A stretch of 64,000 bases of DNA from Cetorhinus maximus (Eukaryota). This document shows, one piece after another, positions 36,323-48,296 of this stretch (position 1 is its first letter; each line of letters starts with the position of its first letter). The translations under genes were made by a program, and so were the position numbers. The notes under the pieces were generated by a model. The model ran no database searches. It saw only the letters and a list, made by a program, of their open reading frames with translations, and was not told the origin of the DNA. The DNA lies in assembly GCF_964194155.1 (NCBI RefSeq), contig NC_135917.1:10230001-10294000 (forward strand), written 5' to 3'.

Positions 36323-37280
36323 AGGGAATCTAAAAGTTTTCTATAGGCAGATAAATAGCAAAAGGGGTGGTATAAGGAGGAGAAGGGTCAATTAGAGATC
36401 AAAAATTGAATTTTTACACATGGGAGGCAGGGGCCATGGCTGAGGTATTAAATGAATACTTTGCATCTGTTTATACCAAGGAAGAAGATGCTGCCCAGTC
36501 CATGGTGACAGAAGAGGTAATTCAGACACTAGAAGGGTTTAAAATTGATAAGGAGGAGGTATTGGAAAGGCTATCTGTACTTATAGTGGGTAAGTCACTA
36601 GGACTGGATGAGATGCATCCAAGGGAAATGAGAATGGAAATTGCGGAGGCACTGGCCATAATTTTCCAATCTTCCTTAGATTTAAGGTGATCCCAGAGGA
36701 CTGGAGAATTGCAAATATTACACCTTTGTACAAAAAGGGTGTAAAGATAAGCCCAGCATTTGCTAAACCAGTCAGTTTAACCTCGATGGTGGGGAATCTT
36801 CTAGAAATGATAAATCAGGACAAAATTAATAGTCACTTGGGCAAAAGTAGGTTAATTAAGGAAAGCCAGAATGGATTTGTTAAGGGAAAATGATGTTTAA
36901 CTAACTTGCTTGAGTTTTTTGATGCAGTAACAGAGAAGGTAGATGAGGGCGATGCTATTGATGTGGTGTACATGGATTTCCAAAAGGTATTTGATACAGT
37001 GCCACACAACAGACTTGTGAGCAAGGTTAGAGCTCATGGAATAAAAGGGACAGTAACAACATGGATACAAAATTGGTTGAATGACAGGAAACAGAGAGTA
37101 GTGGTTAATGGATGTTTTTCAGGCTGGAGGAAGGTTTATAGTGGAGTTCCCCAGGGATCAGTGTTGGGACCCCTGCTCTCTCTTATATATATTAATGACC
37201 TAGACCTTGACGCACAGGGAACAATTTCAAAATTTGCAGATAATACGAAACTTAGCATTGTGAACTGTGAGGAGGATAGT
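36323..37280 (+). mobile_element. CR1 LINE ORF2 reverse-transcriptase fragment, frameshifted
   Basis: Encodes [40 protein letters not shown] and [29 protein letters not shown]. Contains stops and frameshifts. Confidence 0.95.
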
Positions 37281-37759
37281 GGGATGAATGGAGGAGGCAG
37301 AGAGATCGAGCTGGGTAGAAGCTGAATGGAGGCTGACCAGTGCTTCTGGTTGAGAGGTAGAGTGTAAAGAATGAAAAGGAGCAGACTAAGGAGAGACTTG
37401 TGAGAAAGGCCAGAGATGACAGTGTGGTAGAGCATGATTTTGAATAACTTTATAAAACCTGTGAAAGCGCTCCCTCTGGTGGATATGTTTTAAAAGTTCA
37501 CAAAGCCTTCAATGCTGCTTGGGAATTCAGAAACAATAATTTACATCGGGTCCTATTTGAGATTCCTGATGATTCCGTTGGGAAGTGCACTGCCTTGTAT
37601 GGTGCAGAATTACACAAATTAGGAAGCTTCCAGCGTTACTCGTGGCCTCAGCATCCCTAGGTTAGAGTTCTTGAGCTAACTGAAAATAAACTCGAAACGT
37701 TCAAAGTGACAGTGGCATCATGAGAAAAAGAGCATTTGCTCAACTTGTTTCCCGCTTTG

Positions 37760-38165
37760 GAGTAGCAGCCTTGACTCACTCGTGCTCTAGCTTCAAACCC
37801 CACTCAAAGCACTTGAGCATCTCATGTAGGCTGACACTCCAGTGCAGTACTGAGGGAGTGCAGCACTGTCAGAGGTGCTGTCTTTCGGATGAGATGTTAA
37901 ACCAAGGCCTTTTCTGCCCTCTCAGGTGGATGTAAAAGCACTATTGAAAGAGGAACAAGGGAGTTCACCCTTGGTGTCCTGGCCAACACTGATCCCTCAA
38001 ACAACACCAAAAACAGACTGGCTGGTGATTATCATCTTGTTGTTTATGGGAGCTTGCTATGTGCAAATTGGCTGTTACTTGCGTTTCCTACACTACAACA
38101 GTGGCTACACTTCAAAAGTGCTTTGGTATATTGTGAAAGGCACTATATAAACGCAATTTGTTTCC
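37760..38165 (+). mobile_element. DeuSINE-superfamily SINE (SacSINE1/AmnSINE1-like)
   Basis: Deu-domain-like GCAGTACTGAGGGAGTG..TCTTTCGGATGAGATGTTAAACC..GGGAGCTTGCT..GCAAATTGGCTG plus an L2-type tail. Copies at about 24150-24375(-), 26340-26480, 28900-29180, 29830-30130(-), 38920-39210(-), 48550-48960 and 53095-53380(-). Confidence 0.8.
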
Positions 38166-39389
38166 TTTCTCTACTTAAAAACACACAATGCAATGAGATA
38201 TACTGTCTTACTTACAAGTGACAGTGTCAGGGCACAAGTGACTATTCTCCCTCTGCCAAAACAAAGCTCAGGCTTGTTAAACACTTCCAAATGTATTCTG
38301 ACTTACTTGGCTCCTTCTCACGGCTCCATCTGTAACTGCACTGAACTGAGGCCCATACAAATCAGGGAGACTCTCGGTTCAGTCGCTGGTCTGTAACTAA
38401 TCTCAGTCAGGGGAGTGATAGGGAATGCTGTGGCTGCCTTCAGTCTCCAAGCAGGGGAGTGCAAACAGCGGCTAAGGAGGCTCCCACTGCTGACTGTCCC
38501 TCAGGGGTCACCCTACCTGAAAGTGGATGTTGCAATATCCTGATGATTTACCCTCGTAGGCAATAGTTCAACAACATGGCTATTTAACCAGCTACAGTGA
38601 GGGTGGGGGCACCTTAAATCCTTCTTTTGAATCAGTGCCAACAGCATCACTCAATCAGGTGTTGGAGTTGCTATTTTCAGCAACGGAGGTTGCGTTGGTT
38701 TTTAATTGAGCCAATTTAGACTTTGAAAAGCTCCGTTAGCCTATCAAAGGCTGTAATGCTCATGCCCCCTCTCGCCAGTGCCAATGCTGCTCCTCTTCCA
38801 AGTCAGACCCGGCATCAGGTTTTTTTTGAACAGAATGCCTTAACCAAGGTGCGCTTGCACTTGCAGTTTGAAAATAGGCGCGTTTCGTAAATTTCAATCT
38901 TGCTCTATGTGAAATGGTTGCACATTGGAAGCATAGGCACTGTTGCAGACCAGGGAGGCGAGGCAGCCAGTCCACAGACTGCTAGATCCGTCAAACAGCC
39001 TTGGGATCAATGTTTTAGTAACGTTGATTGAAGGATTGATGTTGCCCATGGGACTGGAGAGAACTCCCCTGCACTCCTTCGCAATAGCAGCTGTGGGATA
39101 ATTCATATTCGCCTGAGGGTGTCGACTAAAAGGTTTAGCGTCTTGATTTAACATCTCATCTGCAAGATGGCACCCGGGTTGGGGAGCAGCACACTGAAGT
39201 GTCAGCTGGGAGAGGGAGTGATTTTCTGGTAAAAAAAGGCACTGTTCACCCAAAGGACAGCATCTTCAACAACGCAGCCTTCTCTGTAGATAAGGCACCC
39301 TGTCGATCAGGGAACGTGAGCAGAAAATGCTGGAAATACTCAGCAGGTAGCTGTGGAGAGAGAAACATTTCAGGCCGACGGTCTTTCAT

Positions 39390-39699
39390 GGGAGGTCTTG
39401 TGGCGCAATGGGTGGTGTCCCTACCTCTGGGCCAGAAGCTCTGGGTTCAAGTCCCGCTTCAGGACTTGATGGCCATGGAAGGTGTGTTCATAATGTGGCC
39501 AAACAGGATGATTATCAGCCTGCAAACCCTTCCAATATGCCTGATGGCAGGCAATAAGAACGGGAGAGTTTCCTGGTCAGCCATGCTGCAGAAGGCATTG
39601 GCGAACCACTGCATTACTTTGCCAAGCATAATCATGGACTGATCCAATGGAAGCCCATTGTTGCCAATGTCCCCTTAGGGCTTGGTACCTGAAGGAAGA
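39390..39699 (+). mobile_element. tRNA-headed SINE with an RTE-like segment
   Basis: A box TGGCGCAATGG, B box GGTTCAAGTCC, 8-bp TSD TCTTTCAT (39382-39389 and 39700-39707). Sister copies at 35627-35918 and 59190-59360. Confidence 0.88.
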
Positions 39700-40751
39700 T
39701 CTTTCATCAGAACTGGGAAAAGTTAGAGATTAAACAAGTAGTTGAAAAAAAGAGGAGTGGTAGGATGGAACACGCAAGTGATTAAATAACAAAGGAATGA
39801 TGGTGCAAGGCCTAAGGGAGTGGTAATGGTAAAGAAGCAAGTAAAGAAACAAAAGATGTGCCTAGAGGAGGTGTCAATAGCAGAATGCTACCATCTGAAA
39901 GCAAAAACAAGAGTGAAATCAAAACCAGCAAAGAAAAAGGAAACAAAATAGGGGCAAAGGTTGCAGAGCAAATTTGACATTGTGTTGAGAAGACTGTAAA
40001 GTGTCTAATTGAACAATGAGGTGCTGTTCCTTGAGCTTCACTGCAGGAGACCAAGGATAGGAAGGTCAGTGAGAGAGCAAGGTGGAGATTTAAAAGGACA
40101 GGTGACCAGAAGCTCAGGATCACGCAGAGGTGTTCTGAAAAACAGCTCCCCAAACTGCAGTTTTGCACCCCAGTTTTGAGCAGACAGCAGTGTGGGAGTG
40201 ATACTAAGTTGAAAGAAGTGTAAGTAAATCACTGTTTCGCCTGGAAGGAGTGGTTGGATGGTGAGGGGAGAGGAGGTAAAAGGGCAGGTGTTGCGTCTCC
40301 TGTACTTGCATGGAAAGGTGCCGTGGGAAGGAGGGGGGATATTGGGGGGAGTTAGAGGAGTGGACCAGGGAGTTGTGGAGGGAGCCTTCGGAACACTGAA
40401 AAGGGAGGGAAGGAGCAGATGTGTTTGGTGTTGAGTATGGAGGCTGGTGAAGTGGGAGGTGAGGACAAGGGGATCCCTATCGTGCTCCTGGGATGGAAGG
40501 GAAGGGGTGCAAGCATAAATGCAGAAATAGAACGGACACAGTCAAGGGCCCTGACAATCACGGTGGGGAGAAATCCTCAACTGAGGAAGAAAAGAAGACA
40601 TTTCAGAAGCACTGGTATGCAAGTTTGCATTGTCAGAACAGGTGTGACAGAGACAGAGAAGCTGGGAGAATGGAATGGTGTCCTCACAGGAAGCAGAATG
40701 TAAGAGAAGTGTAGTCAAGACAGCTGTGGGGATCAGTGGGCTTATAATAAA

Positions 40752-41481
40752 AACAGAAACAGAAATACCTGGAAAAACTCAGCAGGTCTGGCAGCATCGG
40801 CAGAGAAGAGCAAAGTTGACATTTCGACCTCATGACCCTTCAACAGAACTAAGTAGAAATGGGAAGGGGTGAAATATAAGCTGGTTTAAGGGGTGGGGGG
40901 GGGTGAAGAAGTGGGGCTGGGTTGTTGGGACAAGCAAGCAGTGATAGGAGGAGATAACCAAAAGATGTAGAAATGGAAAGCAATGAAAGCAATGAAGGTG
41001 AACAAGGCAAAAGAGAGATTCGAAAATCCTGACGGAGAGTAGCACAAAACTTCTTCAAGGTAGGCATTTCTTGAAGAGAAGTGGCAGTCAATTAAACACA
41101 GAGATAAAAACAAAAAATTGCAGATGCTGGAAATCCAAAACAAAAATAGAAACACCTGGAAAAACTCAGCAGGTCCCAGAATTTTCGAATCTCTCTTTTG
41201 CCTTGTTCACCTTCATTGCTTTCCATTTCTACATCTTTTGGTTATCTCCTCCTATCACTGCTTGCTTGTCCCAACAACCCACCCCCACTTCTTCTCCTCC
41301 CCCTGCTCCCCCCTTAAACCAGCTTATATTTCACCCCTTTCCCATTTCTACTTAGTTCTGTTGAAGGGTCATGAGAACTCGAAACGTCAACTTTGCTCTT
41401 CTCCGCTGATGCTGCCAGACCTGCTGAGTTTTTCCAGGTATATCTATTTTTGTTTTGGATTTCCAGCATCCGCAGTTTTTT
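40752..41481. mobile_element. Non-autonomous mini-Penelope insertion with partial tandem plus inverted copy
   Basis: 13-bp TSD GGCTTATAATAAA at 40739-40751 and 41482-41494. Inverted arms at 40752-41027 and 41181 to about 41456. CTGGAAAAACTCAGCAGGTC recurs at a 387-bp spacing. Confidence 0.9.
41354..41392 (+). ncRNA. Minimal hammerhead motif with variant core
   Basis: Reads AGTT-CTGTTGA-A-GGGT-CATGAGA-ACTC-GAA-ACGT-C-AACT. The ACGT palindrome and GTC cleavage triplet are intact, but CTGT replaces CTGA. Mirror copy at 40814-40850 (minus). Confidence 0.65.
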
Positions 41482-42236
41482 GGCTTATAATAAATATTAG
41501 CCAACAGTCTATCCCCAGAAATGGAGACAGAGAACTCAAGGAAGGGAAGGGAAGAGTCAGAGATGGAACATGTGAAGGTGAGAGAAGGGTGGAAATTGGA
41601 AGCAGACACAAACACATAGTTGCCAGGACACCTGAAAGAAATCCTCTGCTCTTCTTTGAAATAATAGGACCTATTGGAACAAAATCCTCCTGTGGCCTGC
41701 TAAACACTCTGAGTCCTTTCATATTGGTGCAAGGGACTAGCTCTGTGTCAAAATCCATAAATTAAATCCTTTTTTTGTGGGTCAGGGAATACAAGACTGC
41801 TACTTGACCAGTCACGTTTCACTTGGAAAATCTAATGGGTCTGTTCCCCAATCGATTGAGACATTCTGCACACGTGGATAAAAATTAAAATTGCATGCAC
41901 CCAATTGGGCTCCAGTACAGGAGGTGAAGTGCCAGAGGGAATTTATTGTGACTCTGTTCCCTTGGAACTATATTGTCCACAGACACCAGGTAAACATGTC
42001 TTTTGACTCTGGACAATGGATAATACAGTTTATGCTATGCTATAGTATGTGCTCGCTGACCTATAATGGTCACTTCTGGCAATTTAAAAATTCTCATCCT
42101 TGCTTTCAAATCTTTCCGTGACTTTGCCCTCTACCACCTCCCCCTCCCTATCTCTGGAATATCCTCCAGCCCTACAACCCTCTGTGATCTCTGCGCTCCT
42201 CCAATTCCGGCTTCTTGTGTAACTCCGATTTTAATT

Positions 42237-42894
42237 TTTTTCTTTGCAAAAATATACTTTATTGATAAAATATTGAAAAGAACATTACAAAATATTTCAA
42301 AATGGCCATCACAGACAGTGCAATCATATTCAAATTATCGACATACATCATGTTGCACTCTGAGGTGCTTCAATACAATTATGATACATTTAGTATTCAC
42401 TGTATACATTCAATGTGAGCCGTACAGCCCGAGGGGTCTATACAATTCCCAGCCCTTCTGTACTCTATGGCAGAAAGGTCTTAGACAGCGATCTTTCCCC
42501 ATTGCGCCTTTGTGGCAGCTGCCCCAAGCTTTAGTGCGTCCCTCAGCATGTAGTCCTGGACCTTGGAATGTGCCAGTCTGCAACACTCGGTCGGGGACAA
42601 CTCTTTGCACTGGAAGACCAACAAGTTTCGGGCAGACCAAAGAGCGTCATTCACCGAGCTGATGATCCTCCAGCTGCAGTTGATGTTTGTCTCGGTGTGT
42701 GTCCCTGGGAACAGCCCGTAGAGCACAGAGTCCTGTGTCACAGAACCGCTCAGGATGAACCTCGACAGAAACCACTGCATCTCTCTCCAGACCTTCTTTG
42801 CAAAGGCACATTCCACAAGGAGGTGAACAACCATCTCGTCCCCACCACAGCCACCTCGAGGGCACCGTGCCGAGGGGGTGAGACTCCGGGCGTG
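42237..42894 (-). mobile_element. 5'-truncated L1/Tx1-clade LINE inserted in an L2 copy
   Basis: Open ORF2 C-terminus with CCHC knuckle (CPRGGCGGDEMVVHLLVEC) and LWSARN. 3'UTR has AATAAA and a short A-tail. TTTAATT is duplicated at 42230-42236 and 42895-42901. Confidence 0.9.
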
Positions 42895-43959
42895 TTTAAT
42901 TGCTCCACTATTGGTGGCTGCGCCTTCAGATGCCTGGGCCCTAAGCCCTGGAATTCTCTCCCTAAACCTCTCCGCATCTCTTTAACGTGAAAAGTGCGAT
43001 ACAAATACAAGCTGTTATTGTTGTTCCACTTTATTGGCAGTAAAGAGCATTGTGGTGTCCTGAGTTCACGAAAGGTGCTACAGAAATAAAAGCTTTTCTT
43101 GCTTGAACTGATCGCAAAACACATGAGTATTATTGGCCTGAGCCTTTATTGGGGCAGTGACTCAGAGCACTGTTGACAGCGGGAGAATTTGGCAGCTGAC
43201 AACACATAAAGCTGTCCCCTTTCCCAATGCACACTCTCTCACCTGGAGGAGCTCCACAATCTGAATACAAACACAAAACCACACACATGCAGGCAGCTTA
43301 TTTAGAAGGCACATTTTTTTTGGCGCTAAATCCACCTGTAAGCAGTTCTCTACTGAGGACCTGTTGGGACTTGAAGACATTGCTTGCACTCCTGTGTGTT
43401 GCCCAGGGCCCTGTTCTGTCATATGACTCTATATGTATGTGCCCATTGTTCTTGAAGGGAGACAGTAATGGGTGTGTTGGGAATTCCTGCTCCACCTGAA
43501 CTGGTTTTAGGACTTACAGCAACCGTGTGTACAATGAGATAGCTCTGTTTGGGCAGGAGGAGACAACAACATTTTGTTTGTGACTCAGGCTTGATACCTT
43601 TCCAGTTCCCACGCATTCTCCCCTATTTCCCTGAGACATGGACTAATGGCAGGGCACGAACCAGTTGTCTTCAAGTACATTTCCCGAATGAGGATCCTTC
43701 CAATTCAAATCTAGAGAGTGTGCATTGATCAGGCAGCGACCATTAAAAGCAAGACCAAGCCGGGGGTCTCACCCGATGTTCAAGTGGGATCTTTCTTCTC
43801 CCTTGCCCAGTGATGCTGAGACCATTTATCATAGGCTTACTCATACTAGAGAGGAGCTGACTCAACACAGGCCAGCAATGGAGACCTAGGACCTTCCAGC
43901 TCATGACCACATCGCCCTTCATGAGGAGACCCAGCAGCCATTTTAGGCAAAGGTTTGTC

Positions 43960-45210
43960 TCCTCATCTATGCCTTTGTTACCTGAAGATTTGACTATTTC
44001 AACGCCCCCCTCTCCGGCCTCCCATCTACCAACCTCCATAAACTTGAGCTCATCCAAAACTCTATTGCTCAATTCTTAACTCATACCAAATCATCCTGCT
44101 CTTGCTGGCCTACACTGGCTTCCAATTTGGCAACAACTCGGTTTTAAAATTTGTATCCTTGTTTTCAAATCTCTCCTTGGCCTCACCCCCTCCCGATCTC
44201 TGTCACCTCCTCCAGCCCCTCCAACTCTCCAAAATCTCCGCATTCCTCCAATTCTGGCTCCAGCATTGTTGGGCAGGCTTAGATCCTAAGCTCTGGAATT
44301 CCCTATTAAACCTCTCCACCCGTCTCTCTCTCTCTCTCTCTCCTCCTTTAAACAATTCTTAAAATGTTCCCACCCCTCCTAGTATCGCCATGTGCAGCTC
44401 AGCGTTGAATTTTGTTGGATCATGCGCCTGTGAAGTTCCATTTACTATATGAAAGGTGCTATATAAATGCAAGCTATTGTTGCTCTCTTCCTGCTCATCC
44501 ATGTCTCCAGTTCAGCACCTTTATTCCCCAATTCTTGCATTGGTGGGGGGAGGGGGGGTGGTGGTTGGGGGAAAGAGGAGAATGGCCTGGGATTTCCTTG
44601 GGTGGAAGACTGGCAGAAACAACAAGAAAGGCTTGCGTTTATATAGCGCCTTTGGCATAGAAAAACAACATCCCAACACTTCACTGAGGGTGAAGGAAAA
44701 AAAAATGGATGCTAAACCAAAGGAGGACGTGTGAGGGGGGCAACCAAAAGCTTGGCCAAAGGGTAGATCTAAGGAGGGCCTTGGAGGGTCAAAGAGAGGT
44801 GTGGGGAGGGAATTCCAGAGCTTTGGGCCTAGATAGCTGGAGGCACAGCTGCCATTGGTGGGAGTCAACGCAGAAGAGGATAGAGTCAGAGGAATAGAAA
44901 GTCTCTGGCAGAAAGCTCACTGTAGAGCTGGAGGATTTTGCAGAGATAGGGATGGATGCACGAGGATCAGAACTTTAAATTTGCAGCATTGGGGGTTGGG
45001 AACTCAAGTCAGTCAGTGAGCTCTGGGGTGATGGCTGAACAGGGTTTGGCGCAGGATAGGATACAGACAGCAGAGTTTTGGATGAGCTGCAGCTTACAGA
45101 GACCATTGGAATAATCCCGTTTGGGAGAGACTAAAGCACGGGTCAGCGTTTTAGCAGATGGGCAGAGGGAGGGATGGAGATGGGTGATGCTACAGGTTAG
45201 AAGTAGGTGG
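43960..45210. mobile_element. Two tail-to-tail L2 3' fragments (plus 43960-44480, minus 44630-45210)
   Basis: Contains the CCTAAGCTCTGGAATTCCCT and AAAGGTGCTATATAAATGCAAG motifs. Other copies at about 1335-1510, 3030-3600, 10850-11165, 30450-30725, 35920-36320, 42040-43030, 60250-60710 and 63850-64000. Confidence 0.8.
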
Positions 45211-45219
45211 TCTTGTAAT

Positions 45220-46190
45220 ATCGCCCATCTCCACCCTCGTCCTCCCTTTCCATTCCACCAACCTTGGTATTCAACAGATAATCCTTTGCCATTTCTACCT
45301 CTAGCATGACACCACCAACAAACACACCTTCCCCTCCCCTTGCCCCCCTGAGGGGACCATTCCCTCCGTGACTCCTTGGTTCACTCCTCAGTCACTCCCT
45401 GCACCTCCTCCTTTTCCTAAGACATCTTTCCATGCAAGTGCAGGAGACGCAACACCTGCCCTTTTGCCTCCTCTCTGTTCACCATCTAAGGCTCTAACCA
45501 CTTTTTCCAGGTGCAAACACGGTTTACTTACACTTCTTTCAATTTAGCATAGTGTATGTGTGCTCATGGTGTTGTCTGCTCTATGTTGAGGAGACCAAGC
45601 AGAGTGTAAGTGTGACCCTGAGCTTCCAGTCTCCTGTCATTTTAGTTCTCTATTTTACTCCCACTCTGACCTTTCTGTCCTTGGCCTGCTGCAGTGTTTT
45701 TAGTGAAGCTCAACACAAGCTTGAGGAACATCATCTCACCTTTCAATTAGGACTTGACAGCCTTCCAGACTCAACATTGAGTTCAACAATTTCAGTGACC
45801 TGCCTCCCACTTTGTTCCCTTTAAAACCAAAACCTGCAAAGATACTCTCGTTTTTTTTTCCTTTTGGACATCATTCTGCCATTCACACCTCCTCTAGCCA
45901 CATTTTGTGTTTAACTTGTCCCATTATCACTTTGTCCTTACACCACCAACACTTTTGTCATTTAATCTCTCCTGTCTCCCACCCTCACAGACACTTTTTA
46001 TTTTTCCCCTCCCCTCTTTCACTTGCTTAAAGCCTATTACATCGCTAACTTTTCCCAGTTCTGATGAAAGGTCATTGGCCTGAAGCATTAACTCCGTTTT
46101 TCTCTTTCTACAGATACTGTCAGACCTGCTGAATATATACAGCATTTTCCTGTTTTTATTTCAGATTTCCAGCATGTTTTGCTTTTTTAG
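45220..46190 (+). mobile_element. Penelope-like element 3' fragment (GIY-YIG endonuclease remnant plus pLTR)
   Basis: Encodes YVCSWCCLLYVEETK (degenerate VYCIxCxxCxxxYIGET) and EAQHKLEEHHLTFQLG. The tail has a hammerhead motif and CAGACCTGCTGA..CAGCATTT. Confidence 0.85.
46057..46093 (+). ncRNA. Decayed minimal hammerhead motif
   Basis: Reads AGTT-CTGATGA-A-AGGTC-ATT-GGCCT-GAAG-CATT-AACT, with GAAA mutated to GAAG. Confidence 0.6.
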
Positions 46191-48239
46191 AAATACCATT
46201 TCAGATCGTAAAGTGTATTATTTTACTTCAATCGGAACTAGGCCAGGGCTCTAGGATTGCTTTACGAAATGGAAGCCATGGGCAATATTTCACACTCCTC
46301 CCTTTTGTCCTTTCAACTTGCTGTTGGGAATGTGAACATCCAGCTCTTTCTGGAGATATTACATTTGATTTGAGGGCATGCAATGGCTTGTTAATAAATA
46401 TTATTTCACAAGAACTTGGCTGCAAAATTACAAAGGCCATTGTCTCAAAACTTGACGTCATAAACAATCTATGACACAGGTTGCCTGCCTCAGCAAAAGA
46501 AATATCAAACTCCCCTCTATGGAAAAAAAAGCTTGCTTAGTGAGAAAACTCTTGATTGGAGGTTTGTGAAGATGCCTAGACCAGCTTTAGTAACAACAAG
46601 CCACTTGTTTAATTCATGTTTCCATTGAATTCGTTTCCAACTCTATGACATTCAAAAGGACATGGGCTATGGATTGCTAGGGCAATTATTTTACAGATTG
46701 TGTATGTTTGGCAATGAAACCTTTTCTGTGCAGAGCAGGGGTAAGGGATCTCGTAATATCCATTCTACTGAACTGCTGCATTAAGTGATTATAATGAGCA
46801 TCGTGCCCATGTAGTGATGCCTGCAAATTTATGAAGAAATGGACACTACTTTTAAAAGGTGGAATAAAAAAATGAACAATTTACCTTGATACAAGATGAA
46901 GTCAAGCAGGGTCAGGTGACCTCTCTCTCTTCTCCCTCCCCACAAATTATTGTCTGCAAATATACATGAGACTGCTCAAGGCTGGAAGTAACTTGCTTGT
47001 ATCATCGGGACATTAAAACGTAAACAATCTTTTGGATACTCCTTTGTGAAGGCATTAAAAATGCAACAGATCTCTTCCACGGACTTTAGTTATTATTGTC
47101 TAAATGCCTACCAAAACCACTGTACAATAGCCAGACAGACTTAGTGGCTGCAGAATGAAATTCCACAAAACAGGTGAGAGTAAGCCATTCTATCACAAGA
47201 ACGTGCAAATGGCCGAGATTCAAAACCCCCATTACGGGTCAGTGCTAACATCGTCAGGGGCCATTTATGCAGATGATGGGAATACTGATGACAGAAGAAA
47301 CAGCTTATTAACTCACATCTTGTGCAGCAGTCCAGGTCAGTGAGTCTGGGAGACTGTGGGGAAAAAAATCCCACCCTGATAAAGAAAGGATCCAGCCTAG
47401 CATCCCCCAACAGGCAGAGAAGTGGGGGCTATCCTTTTTCCTACCGAATTGCAGAACCAAACCAGAAACCGACTGTTGCTAGGAGTAAACCATTGTGAAT
47501 TCATCACCAGAAATTTCCAATCTCTATTTTCTTCAATGGACCAAAAGAGGATCATCAGGCCTGCAACGTTTCCAGCTACCGTCTCAAAAACAGTACAAGT
47601 GACTTTTTGGACTCTCTTAAAAAAAAATTTAAGTGCACGCTACCTCTTTTGTAATTATTTTTTCTTGTGGAGGTGCATGCATGTCTTGTGTGGGGAACCG
47701 TCCCACTACCTCTTCCCTATGCATAACGAGATGAATGGTTACTACTTAAGATCTAGCACTTGGTCACCATCCAATTGCTAAATGCTCGAAATTATACATG
47801 TGCAGATGCCAGGTAAGGCTAGGATGCGACGCCTCCCAGGGCCGAGTAGGCACCTAGCAATCGGCTTACATGAAAAAAAATGGCTACAGTTGCAGCATAG
47901 CTAAAGACTTCTGCCAGCTACCGAACTGAACTGCAACGAATCAGGGCATTGTTTGCAAAATGAAAAAAAATTAAAAGGGGGAAAAAGTGCAATTCAAAAG
48001 CCAAATTCTTGTACTTGCCCATAAAACCATGGGCCCATGTTTCAATATTAACTACAGGTTCACATTCACCTGGGCAGTGTAACCAGCATAAATCCCTGGG
48101 CGGATGAACTTATTAATGAATCCCAAGTCTCTGTGTGCTAATGGGCAGCTCTTTCAGAGAGCCAGCACAGGCCCAATGGGCCGAATGGCACCCTTCGAAT
48201 GGTGTAAGGTTCCATGATTCTACAACACAATTGCTTCAA

Positions 48240-48296
48240 CAACAAAAAACCCAACGTAAATGAAAAATTCATCTTTATTTTTCCAATATGTACACA
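48240..48296 (-). terminator. Candidate distal polyadenylation signal
   Basis: Minus strand reads TGTGTGTACA (UGUA), then AATAAA (48279-48274), then the GU-rich downstream element TTTACGTTGGGTTTTTTGTT. Confidence 0.55.

Larger units (their letters stand above)
39320..41615 (-). mobile_element. Degenerate Penelope-like element (RT C-terminal part, GIY-YIG region, pLTR) carrying two nested insertions
   Basis: LPFLEFSVSISGDRLLANIYYKP joins TDPHSCLDYTS when 40752-41481 is removed (PLE RT YxKPT motif). 40200-40250 matches the GIY-YIG region at about 45500-45570. Ends in an HHR-bearing tail. Confidence 0.85.

Noticed and set aside
41118-41765. 215-aa ORF and the mirrored ORFs at 40830-41155
   Set aside because: Products of the inverted PLE arms, not a gene.
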